From contig JAUCBJ010001829.1 in NCBI GenBank assembly GCA_032718475.1, positions 1 to 52,949 on the forward strand: a stretch of 52,949 bases of DNA, given 5' to 3'. A program made the translations under genes and the position numbers. The stretch comes from Nemertoderma westbladi (Eukaryota; Animalia; Xenacoelomorpha). The notes below the pieces were generated by a model that had not been told where the DNA came from, did not search any database, and saw nothing but the letters and a program-made list of their open reading frames with translations. Positions 1-10,163 of the stretch are shown one piece after another. The stretch's first letter is position 1. Each line of letters begins with the position of its first letter.

Positions 1-840
1 GTTAACTAGCCAATCAGAAATCTTATTGGGCTCGAACGATATGTGTTTAAAAAGATATTTAAGCAGATCATTGTATATATTAGATGGTATGGATCTTTTA
101 GGGAAAATATAATATTCTTCATTTAAGAAATTTCCTTGAACTGTGGTACAACTGATTAATGTTATTTTCATTAAATGAGTTTTCAATATTTTATATTAAG
201 AGGACTCCCTATTGAGCGCAGTGCAGTAGATGTAATCCCAAAATAAATAAAAAATGCAAAAATCCGGACTGTAATTCCATTCAGCAGGTAATAAATAGAC
301 TGTCGTACTCTTTAGTCGTTGGATGACTGTACTTGTGTTTATCAATTTTTACCACTTATGATACGTTATTTTTAAATTTAATTTATATATTTATTTATTA
401 ATTACCACTTTTCTAATAGTGTAAGTATAAGTAAGCACTTCGTATCACAAAGGATGTAAGGCAAATTAGTAAATAATACGTATGATCTTGAATTAGGAGA
501 ATCTGACCTACGAATACGAAAGCATGGGATGCCAGGCATGGTCTATATTACCTAAACTATCAAAGAGTATGGAATTCCCTTGGAATCTAATTTTCTCTAA
601 AGGTACATTTATTTTAGCCACCAGTAGATTCTACAGCTTCATATGCGTGCATTCAGTTATAGTGCTATATAATATTTCATGAAAATTCTAAAAGTACCTC
701 GCTACAACAGATCAAAATATATTACATTCTATGAAGTAAGTAGTTAAATAACAATTAAAATACTCTTTAAAATTCTGTGAAATCTTTGCAATATTTATAG
801 CACGGATAATGGGCGTTGCTATATTAATTTATTATTTTAA

Positions 841-1699
841 AACATATGTGGCTGGCCACGAGAAAAGGGACCTTATGTCACAGGAGGTCGATTTTGAGTT
901 ATTAGGCCTATGAGATGCAGAATTTTCCAGAAATTTTAACAAAAAAAACGGTGTCTCAATATCTATTTCCAAAAAAAAGTTATAGCGATTTATGTGAAGG
1001 TGAATCGGGTAGCATAAAATTTTTTATTAATAGCGGTTATACAGTAATAAGCGATTATTATTAAAAAAAATGGAAAATATTAATAATATCATAGCAATTC
1101 TTACTATATAGTTAGGCAGTTCAATGTTATTCGGCTTTTTATACAACTTTTAACACTTTGAAACTATTAATATTGTTCATGAACTATTTAAAAAAAATTT
1201 TTGCAAAATTTTCAAAAAAAACATGCAACCAAAAAATTTTTTTTTCTAATTTAAAATTTTTTCAAAAAGATAATTTTTTTTAACAAAATGTAAAATTATT
1301 TGTATTTTGAATTCTTTATTGGGATTACAAAATTTAAGAACTAACGAATTTAAATTAAGAAAATGACAGCCATATTACATTTAAAAAATAACTGTAGGCC
1401 TACAGTACCTATTACAGTATTACAATTTCAATTTATTACAGTCCTAAATTCAGACATGAAAACCCTAAGACAGTGGGATATACAATACTGCAACATCATA
1501 TATTGCTTCCTGTAATTAGTTATTTCCTAGGTATATTGAATATCAGAACCAATTTAAATTTCCCGCATCGTTTTATACATTTCTAAATTGATAATCCAAT
1601 TAAATTTGTTCAAAAATAGAGGGAAACTTTAAACGCGATTATCTCAGAATCAGGTTTTGCGACATAAGGTCCCTTTTCTCGTGGCCAGCCACATATGTT
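841..1699. mobile_element. Non-autonomous TIR DNA element (MITE-like), family unassigned
   Basis: 39-bp perfect inverted repeat AACATATGTGGCTGGCCACGAGAAAAGGGACCTTATGTC at 841-879 and its reverse complement at 1661-1699. The interior is AT-rich and non-coding. The TIR/TSD boundary is ambiguous (ATAT or CATATG flanks). Confidence 0.8.
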
Positions 1700-2374
1700 G
1701 TAATTGTTCACGCATCCTAACTCATAGGAAAATGAAGGATGCCTGAATGTTGGAACAATGCCCCTCCTTTTGTAAGGAATACTAAGAATGGTGATTTTAA
1801 TTGATGCATTGCCAACATGCCTAGCCTTACTACTATAATTATAGCTACATCGGTACTAGACATGCAAGCATAATACCAGATGTCTGAAAATGTAGAAAAT
1901 ACATAAATTACGTAGCGATGCAGGCATCAGCCAATTGATGATGGACATTCTGTCCTAGAGAGCACTTGTAGGTTTTGCAATCAATAAAAAGACGCTTCTT
2001 TAGTTGTTGGTTTAGACGTGAGGAATTGGTATGTAACACATCGTTGGTATCACATCGCATGTAACACATTGTAGGATATATTATAGATATGATGACTCAC
2101 ATCATTCCAACCCAGCAGTGGCCACTATTGTATCAGCCCATTTCATTTTATCAGTATAAAGTAATTACTTAATATAAAAAGTTCTTCTCCTACTATTAAT
2201 TACATGCAAGGATTCCAAAAATGTAAAAATATTTGAATTTGGTTGGGAAATAACTGAGATATGAGGGTTCAAAAGTTGAATGGTTTTGCACCTGCGCGAA
2301 GCTGTTTTATTCTATTAAAAAAAACACTATATTCTAGAACATTTTGTTTATGTATGAATACTGAATAGCTACAT

Positions 2375-2538
2375 AATAGTATGTTTAAAGAAGCATTGCA
2401 TCGTTGCCCAGCTACGTATGGGATAAACAAAATGTTCCAGAATATGATGTATTTATTTAAATACATCATATTCTGGAACATTTTGTTTATCCCATACGTA
2501 GCTGGGCAACGATGCAATGCTTCTTTAAACATACTATT
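2375..2538. repeat. Perfect palindrome, 81-bp arms with a 2-nt spacer
   Basis: 2375-2455 is the exact reverse complement of 2458-2538, with spacer TT. This explains the mirror-image ORFs 2269-2646(-) and 2381-2566(+). Confidence 0.9.
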
Positions 2539-2840
2539 TTTTTTTAGTTCTTCCTCAGGACATTGACTGTATATTATATTATATTCATCTTTAAAAATAA
2601 CACACAAAGCACAACAATTACTGGACAAACATAATTCAACCACCACCAGCTGTCATTACCCATCACCTAGCAACCGTATAAACACAAGGTAGAATAATGC
2701 CTACAGGACTGCCATACCAGTACTGTCTGCAGCTAATACCTGAATACTGCTGTACTGTAATGAACTGAACTATTATGTAGCTATTCAGTATTCATACATA
2801 AACAAAATGTTCTAGAATATAGTGTTTTTTTTAATAGAAT

Positions 2841-3899
2841 CGCAGATCTAGCTATAGCACTGCAGAACGCAGCCCAAGCACTTCGGTTCCTGTTCTATGC
2901 GGACGATCTGGTCTTCTATTCTTCAAGGCGAGAGGATATCCAAACGGGTCTTGATGCACTTTACAACTGGTGCCAGCTCAATGGGATGGAAGTAAATTTA
3001 ATTAAAACAAAAATAATAAAGTTCAGGAACGGGGGGCCATTAGCAAAGGATGACACATTTCTATATAATAACAAACTTGTCCAAATCACTAATGAATATG
3101 AGTACCTGGGAATTATTTTACAGCCGTCACTATGTTTCTCAAAACATGTCCAACATAAAAAGATAAAAGCCTCGAAAGTTATTGGGTCACTTACCTTCTT
3201 GCCTCACATCTCAGTCGATGCAGGTATGAAGATCTATAAGATGAAAGTTGAACCATTGGTCCTATACTCAATAGCGGAATTTGGCAAGTATCTCACCCTA
3301 GCGAATCTAAAAGAACTCGACAATGTGAAATCAATGTTCATAAAACGAATGCTTCGGCTGCATCAATCTTCCTCAGCAACACTAGCACATAAACTTGTCA
3401 AAGAGTATACGCTTGTGGAAGAATTAATCTCAAAATCCCCTCAAATTCTCAACCCTGATGTTGTTGAAAAATACAAGATACATCGTAGAGACAGACTAGG
3501 AAATTTCGAACAGGAGGGTTACTTATCTGGACCGGCGTTCCAAACGTCTGTATGGCACCAAGCCAACCAAAGCAACCGCCACTTACTCACGCGCTGTACC
3601 TCGCACGGGTTCCATCATAAGATTTGCGCCCACAACCGCTCATTCCATTCCCCTCAACAGAGCTGCGTGTGCCGGTACTGCGGCCAATCCGCCCACCACC
3701 GCTACCACGTATTGCACTGTAACAGCTGCCCCTCTCTATCCGTCATTGCCCATGTTAATAACTCAGTTTAAATATATATTTTATTAATTTATTTTTATGT
3801 CATCACTACCGATTTGTGTTTTATACTTACAATTTTAGATTCGATACAGAATATACATTATACATTTTACCCCGTTCGGGGTGTTGATTTAAAAAAAAA
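2841..3899 (+). mobile_element. 5'-truncated non-LTR retrotransposon (LINE) with poly(A) tail
   Basis: Frame open from 2842 to 3771 with RT motifs FYADD, VNLIKTK, YLGI and a C-terminal CRYC-x8-H-x3-C knuckle. A-tail at ~3891-3900; TSD AATAGAAT at 2833-2840 and 3900-3907. Confidence 0.88.
2842..3771 (+). pseudogene. C-terminal fragment of LINE ORF2 (RT thumb plus CCHC domain)
   Basis: ORF track 2986-3771 extended upstream in frame: LRFLFYADDLVFYSSRREDIQTGLDALYNWCQLNGMEVNLIKTK. Confidence 0.85.
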
Positions 3900-4160
3900 A
3901 ATAGAATAAATGGCGTGCAAGGGAAACAAATAAATGCAACTTTCGAATGCCCATATATCGGCTATTTCTCAACCAAATTCATATCTTTTTACATTTCTGG
4001 AATCCTTTCACCGTCAGCTTTCTATTGGTACCAACAAATCAAGTACAATTCAAGAATAACTTCAGTGTAACTGGTGAAATATAACCGGAGACACCTTTTT
4101 CAAACGCTTGTAGCTAAAGATTGAAAGCAAAAATAAAAATTCTGGCTCACCCAGCAAGGA

Positions 4161-6418
4161 TGTTACGGTATATGGCGCTGTACACATTATTAGCCATTAT
4201 ACAGTATAATATATTGGTTCATTATACAGTATAATATATTAGTCCATTATACTGTACGCAATATTAGTCCGTTATGCAATATAATTATTTAGATAAGGCA
4301 TAATAGCGCAGTGACATTTAGATAAGGAAATTGAAACGCCCATATATTTTGAATTCATCCATTTTGTATAGTATGTAGCCCTACCTACGTAATTTTGTAT
4401 TAGGATATAAGTAGATAGTTCCAGGGTAGCAAGTTCAGTTGGACCCTGGATTTTGTGCTTGCTGTTATTAGCTTCGATAGGGCTAGCATCTAGGGACGCT
4501 ATCCTAACCATTCCGCAGCCAGGGACATGATCCATTACCATATATGGTAATAATTCGCGGTTTGGAAGCCCTGAGGTTCACAATCCGGCTTTCTAATTGG
4601 ACTAACTGTTTCCAGGTTGGTCTAATGCTAGCGCGGACTGGAGAGCCAATAGGAGAGCGATTGCATCACCCTTATTGCATCACCCTTCTCGGATCACCTA
4701 TAAATTGGCGGTTTGCCGGTAGAGCTGTACCTATATCACCCTTCACCTACTTTTAGGAGTACAATTTTGTGCGTATTTTCTGCATTTCTACCCTTTGATT
4801 AATTTTCTTGGAATGATTCGTTAGTGTTATTATTCTTAACTGTGTTTCTCAATCAATCCTATTGATTACTGCTAATTACAACCGGAACTATGATTTCTAC
4901 ATCTTTCGTTAATGGTTCTATGTAATTCTTTTCGACGCAATAATCCTATGGGATTTCTGAGACTGTCAGACTTGTGATTTGCATGCGCCGCTACGGTAGC
5001 TATTCAATAAATGGAGGGCTAAGGTGCCAGTAGGCGGTGGGCTCATCGGGGGGTTAGCGACGAAGGGAGTGCGGAGGATTCAAAGGCGGGCAACGCTGGC
5101 GGGGGGTCAACGTTGTGGTCGGGCAATTTGGACTGTAGGTTGGAGACCACTCGCTGGTACAGTAATTAGGGGGCTGATGATCCAGGTTTTGTCTCTATTT
5201 AGTATTAGGGGGCAGGAATTGGGTTAGTTAGGAAGCCTAGATGTACCCGGGAGGGGCCTGCATACCTTATAGTAGATTGCGAATTAGTCAATTGCGAATT
5301 ATTACGTTGCGAATTATATAATTGCGGATTGTATAATTGCAAGTCGTGCTATTGTGATCTGTGATCGCTGACGCTGATTGGTGTGTTACTGAAGTGTGCC
5401 TATGATTACGAATGCTTAGGTAGGCGCCCCTTTCTCTTTGATTGATTTCTATTTCTTAGTTACAACAAATAATTACTGATTAGGTCAAAGTAATACGGCA
5501 TTTTAGGCTATTACTAGCGAAACCTGTTGTGTAATAAATTAGAATTACGCATTCTGGAACTCTTAGTAATTAGTGCGCTGTTACATATTTGTGACTGTAA
5601 TTGATTAGTAAAATTAAGAATTAGTACGCAGCATAGTGGAGAGTAGCTAAGGTAATAATTTAGAGTACCGTAAACTATTCACGCTGAGCGGTTATTTGCA
5701 TTAGCGGGCAATAAGCTAGATCGCAGTAGTCAGTACGCAAGACACTAGTAAATTGCTGGCCTAAAGCCAGCTGCAGGCAAGTTTAGACCCAGAGCGGTAT
5801 CACCCACGAAAGACATTGTACCGTACTATTATTTGATTATTTTAAATATTCTTGCATTCACACATTCCGTTAGGGAACCCCCAGTATTCGCGATTAGAAA
5901 AGACGTAAGCATTGGCGTATTTCAGTAGTAAAATTAGGCGTAAGAATACTCTGAGTGCAAAGCCCCTCACACTCGTCTTAAGTAAGCTTAGGGAGCCGAC
6001 TCGGGTTTGTTGTTTTGGTTATTCCCGCGTGGCTCATAGATTCGAACAGTTAGCTCTCTATCGAGTGATCGGTAGAGAAAGGAACAAGCGATTTTGCAGG
6101 AGCCGTGTAAATTTAGTAAAATATATTAGCGGACGGCAGATTAGCGCCATCCAACGGTAAGTAGCGGTTTTGTATTTAGCAGCTTTTACAATTTAGTAAT
6201 AGCACGCTCCTGATCCCCTTTACTTAACAGTAGAGCAGTCTTTGTGTCTTATTGGTTAGGCGAGAACTCATTAGGTTGGCAGAGAAGTATACGGGTATTT
6301 GTCTGTTCAACAGTTCTACTGTCAGTATAGGAGTCGCGCTAGTTTAACAGTAGGGTATGTGATTTGCTGTTGCTTGCAACAGTAAAGAGTGTATTCAGAG
6401 TTAGACTATTGTTTAACA
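4161..6418 (+). repeat. 5' LTR (2,258 bp)
   Basis: Same length as and near-identical to 20788-23045 (about 16 substitutions by manual comparison). TATA-like TATAAAT at ~4699; AATAAA at ~5006 and ~5533. Confidence 0.96.
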
Positions 6419-7505
6419 GTAAGGTATGTTTTGTTTGCTGTAGGCTGTAGCGTACAGTAAATAGAGTATTCTTAGGCTGTTAGTTTAGATTACTGTATTC
6501 ACTGGTCGCGTACAATAGTACAGTAGTACATTAGGCTGATTGCTGTTACTGCGTACAGTAGAAAATACATTTGTTTTGCTGTACCGCGCACAGTATCATT
6601 AGGCTGTTAGGTTGGTGTACTGTTTTACTTACTGTACTGCGTACAGTGGATGTACGGTAGTGCGTTTTTACTAATTGCGAATACAGCAGTTCCTTAGGCC
6701 TTAGGGCAAACTGTAATTAGTAAGTTTTTTTGAAATTTTAGCTAGGTTTGCGAGAATTCAGTTTCGGTCAAAATTATTTGTAAAATTCTAGAGTTTTGTA
6801 CCGGTATGTTAGGTAACCGCTTAGTTATTTTATACCATCTGGAGATACATGGCAAGACGGAACTTCTGAGTTTGGGGTTCGTGTGGGTCTGCGGGTTCGG
6901 TTTGCAATCAGCGAAGGGACTGAATCTTTGGACGCGGACGTGGAATCTCACAGCAAACAAGGTTAGTTGTTCTGTTGGCACCATTGTGTTTGTGGAAGCA
7001 GTAAAAAATTACCGGTTGTTTAACTGCGAAGCTGAACTTAATTTATTAGTTAGGATATTTAGGTTTAGCCGGCCATGGTTTTTTGAATCGCTCAAGTTAG
7101 AGAGAGAGTTAGAGAGAGTCGCAACCCGAAGATGTAGCCACGCGCTAGTGGATACATATTATATTTGAAATTAAAATTACGTTGATTAGAGCTATATGTG
7201 CAAAATTGGAATTATTTGGGTGGCAAATTTATTCTGAATATTTTGTATTAGATTCAGAAATTATTTTGTGTCATACCAGTATTTAATTGCTATAATAGCT
7301 ATATAATAATATTTTTTGTTTAAATATTGTGCTAGTATTTGCTATAACTATACCCCATTAAATTCACAATATTGCATTGCGAATTTATTTGACATTTTGG
7401 ACCAACTGATTATTTGACAATTAATTTGACCGTATTTCGGTTAAATTATAATTATATCTCGAACTTTTGCGAGATTTTTGCCGGAAGGCAAACATTATTT
7501 AGACT

Positions 7506-10163
7506 ATGAGTGTCTCAGACAAAGAGGCACTAGAGGACAGCTATGAGATGGCGGCTGGACCGCCGACTGACGATAGCGTAAATATTACTGTTGACGACAA
7601 TGCCGACTATGACGACGCAGCGAGCGACGCTGACGTAAGTGAACAGGAGGACGAGACAGTAACTAGTGAGGAAGAGCAAGCAGAGGTAATAGTATTAGGA
7701 TCCCCTACCACTACTGTAAGGAAGGACCGCACAGCAGCCCGGACAGAGGTGAGTGATAGGGAGGGTAGTGTAGCAGAAGCGAGAGCCCGGAGCCTGGTTT
7801 CCAGACCTGTGGGTATGGTAAGTGCCGTGGTCCCAACGGCTGTTAGAAGTACCCGTAGTTCCCGAAATAATCCTTCAAGTCCACCGAGTGTGAGTCAGGT
7901 AAGCGAGAGAGAACTTGACATCGCGATAAAGAAGAAACTTCGCGCGCACGCCGGACATATAACTCGGACGACGGACAAGGTAAGGAAGATGTTAGCTGAC
8001 TCAGCCAACATCGGAAGGGTAGAGTTAGTAGAGATTAGAAGAGGATATAACTCAGCGTTATTCAAGCAGACGGAGGAGCTTGCAGTCCTAGCGAAGACGG
8101 CAGTAGAGTCTCAGTCGAGCGACGTTGCGACGAGGATTTACGACAGGGTTTTAGCAGCCTTGTTGGAGCACCGCGAGTTATCGGAGCGATTCCGACGAGT
8201 TAGGACGGAGAACTGGCTGCTATGGGCATCACAAGCGCAGGCGACTCAGGTGAGTGACGCAGAGTTGAGAGACTTAGTGGAGCGGGAAGAGATCCAAGAT
8301 AAAGAAGAGCGCCGCTATCAAAGGGAAGTTACTAGCTGGCTGATGCAGAATGGAGTGGTGGTACCGGGCCAGGTGCTACCGACGACGGAGAACATCCAAC
8401 AGAGGACGTTGACTCCACCCGATGATGCATCTAGAGACAGTGGCGATTCCCAGGTTAGTCACGCGCGAGGTAAAGTTATATGTGCTAGATCCCTTGTTTC
8501 TCACAACTCGGTGGAGGAGAGAAGACGCCGACTGGACGAACAACAGGCGGAAGTTTTGCGTGCATTGGAAGCACGGAAGGAAGCCGAGCGGGAAAGGGAG
8601 CGAACACATAAGTTAGACGCGAAGTTGCGCGAGCTGGAAGATAAAGGTAAGCGTGAGCGAGCGGAACGCGAGCAGAAGGAACGTGAACTCCAGCTCGAAC
8701 GCGAACGCAAGGAACGCGAACTCGAACTTGAACGCGAACAGAAAGAACGCGAACTCCAGCTCGAACGTGAACAGAAAGAACTCGAACTTGAACGCGAACG
8801 CAAGGAACGCGAACTCGAGATCGAGAAAGAGCGACAAGTGTTGTATGAAGAAAAGGCGCGTGTGGAAGAAGAGAGCGCAGCGAGACGAGCGAGGGAAGAA
8901 GAAGAACGTAAACTGGCGCAGTTGGAAAGTGCGAGATTAAGTTTAGAGAGCGAAGAACGGACTAGGAAGGCGAATGAAATCGCCGAGAAGGGGATGCGAA
9001 TGATCGAAGAATGTGGGGCGAGTGTAGGGACAGAGTTGCGAGAACTGTTCGCACTGCAGAAGGCCGAACAGGAAGCGAGAACTCCGACTATACGCGAGTC
9101 GACGACGACCAGAATTCCTATACCCGGTCCAGCTATTACGAGTACACGGATCGCTAAACCATTCTCTACATATCGCACGCCAGTTGGTATTAGTGCTTCA
9201 CCTATCGCGCAGAATCCGCGTTATCGGAACACCGCACCACTATACACCGAACGCGACAACGAAGAATTTAGAGAAGAAACTCCGACGGGCCGAGTATTGG
9301 GCGAACCGAACCCGCGGGTTTGGAATACGCGGACGGAGCGCCGACCCAGTTCGACGGAGAACTTCCGGGTTAAACCGGAAGAGGGATCATATGAGAGACA
9401 GCGGATTACTCAGATAGAGCCGACTATACAACAGAACCCTAGCCAGGAATTTATTACGAGGGATGAGTTAAGTGCTAGTTTAGCGCAAGCTATATCGCCG
9501 CACATCCAACCTATAATGGACATGCTTAGCAACCTACGGTTAAAGGAAGCAGCCCAGGTAAGAAGTAATTCTAACCCTAGCAGGACTGAGTTAGATAAAG
9601 TCCAGCCTAGTCAACGAGTACGCATATCGGAGGAGACTATACCACATAGACCTCAGGTAAGGACGCCTGTCCCGAATATTCATAATCCCAATTTCGAAAA
9701 CTCAGCCGAGAAATTTATTCAGGAGGCTTGGGTCAGGGCCTCGGCGCGCAAACCATCGCGAGCGCTAAGGACTGACACCGAATCAAGCGATGAAGAGGAA
9801 GACATGAGACGTCAGAAGTCCCGAAACTATAAGGAAAGAAGGACGGACGCGGAGCAGGTAAGTTTGAACCACCGGGAAAGGACCAGACTTAACAACCCTG
9901 CGGAACTAAACCATTTGTTAACCCGGAACGACGCAACCCTTAGGGACATAGGTAAGTTTGCTGCTAGGCAAGGACTGCCGACGCAACAACCCCAGAAGTT
10001 TATGGGCAACCACAAGCACTGGAGGACTTTCAAAACCTATGTCGACGAGCAGCTGACCAACAGCACCAGAAGTTCAACTATTTGCTTTAGATGCTCCATC
10101 GAGAACCTAGAGCCATTGCTGACAACTTCGTTGGCAATGAGAGAGCATTTGAGTTGGCAATGA
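7506..10163 (+). CDS. gag: BEL/Pao Gag, N-terminal part (acidic N-terminus, long E/R coiled coil, PQKFMG..W..F motif); frameshifted near 10055
   Basis: 885-aa ORF. The BEL gag motif continues in the next frame as QKFNYLL*MLHREP, implying a frameshift plus an in-frame TAG at 10088-10090. Confidence 0.8.
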   Translation: MSVSDKEALEDSYEMAAGPPTDDSVNITVDDNADYDDAASDADVSEQEDETVTSEEEQAEVIVLGSPTTTVRKDRTAARTEVSDREGSVAEARARSLVSRPVGMVSAVVPTAVRSTRSSRNNPSSPPSVSQVSERELDIAIKKKLRAHAGHITRTTDKVRKMLADSANIGRVELVEIRRGYNSALFKQTEELAVLAKTAVESQSSDVATRIYDRVLAALLEHRELSERFRRVRTENWLLWASQAQATQVSDAELRDLVEREEIQDKEERRYQREVTSWLMQNGVVVPGQVLPTTENIQQRTLTPPDDASRDSGDSQVSHARGKVICARSLVSHNSVEERRRRLDEQQAEVLRALEARKEAERERERTHKLDAKLRELEDKGKRERAEREQKERELQLERERKERELELEREQKERELQLEREQKELELERERKERELEIEKERQVLYEEKARVEEESAARRAREEEERKLAQLESARLSLESEERTRKANEIAEKGMRMIEECGASVGTELRELFALQKAEQEARTPTIRESTTTRIPIPGPAITSTRIAKPFSTYRTPVGISASPIAQNPRYRNTAPLYTERDNEEFREETPTGRVLGEPNPRVWNTRTERRPSSTENFRVKPEEGSYERQRITQIEPTIQQNPSQEFITRDELSASLAQAISPHIQPIMDMLSNLRLKEAAQVRSNSNPSRTELDKVQPSQRVRISEETIPHRPQVRTPVPNIHNPNFENSAEKFIQEAWVRASARKPSRALRTDTESSDEEEDMRRQKSRNYKERRTDAEQVSLNHRERTRLNNPAELNHLLTRNDATLRDIGKFAARQGLPTQQPQKFMGNHKHWRTFKTYVDEQLTNSTRSSTICFRCSIENLEPLLTTSLAMREHLSWQ

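Larger units (their letters stand above)
2205..4008. repeat. Nested inverted-repeat (foldback-like) structure interrupted by a LINE
   Basis: 2309-2380 is the reverse complement of 2769-2840. A diverged continuation at ~2205-2316 matches ~3900-4008 in inverted orientation (CAACTTT..CAACCAAATTCA..TTTTTACATTT.TGGAATCCTT). Confidence 0.7.

Noticed and set aside
2269-2646. ORFs 2269-2646(-) and 2381-2566(+) sharing the same peptide
   Set aside because: Artefact of the perfect DNA palindrome.
6866-6905. Half-copies of the 18-nt motif (CTGCGGGTTCGG, GTGGGTCTG) in the leader, and CGCGGTTTGG at ~4556 in the LTR
   Set aside because: They lack the left arm and cannot form the stem, so they were not counted.
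4272-7168. Short ORFs in the LTR and leader (and their duplicates in the 3' LTR)
   Set aside because: No recognisable motifs, several rely on non-ATG starts, and one (4544-4756) is broken in the other LTR.
8376-9417. Antisense and alternate-frame ORFs over the gag coiled coil (e.g. 225-aa Ser-rich 8501-9178)
   Set aside because: Shadow ORFs of a repetitive purine-rich coding strand.
10091-10163. Programmed gag-pol ribosomal frameshift in the ORF overlap
   Set aside because: The break falls inside the conserved Gag core (upstream of the Cys boxes) and is accompanied by an in-frame TAG at 10088-10090. BEL elements usually have a single gag-pol ORF, so mutation is more likely.
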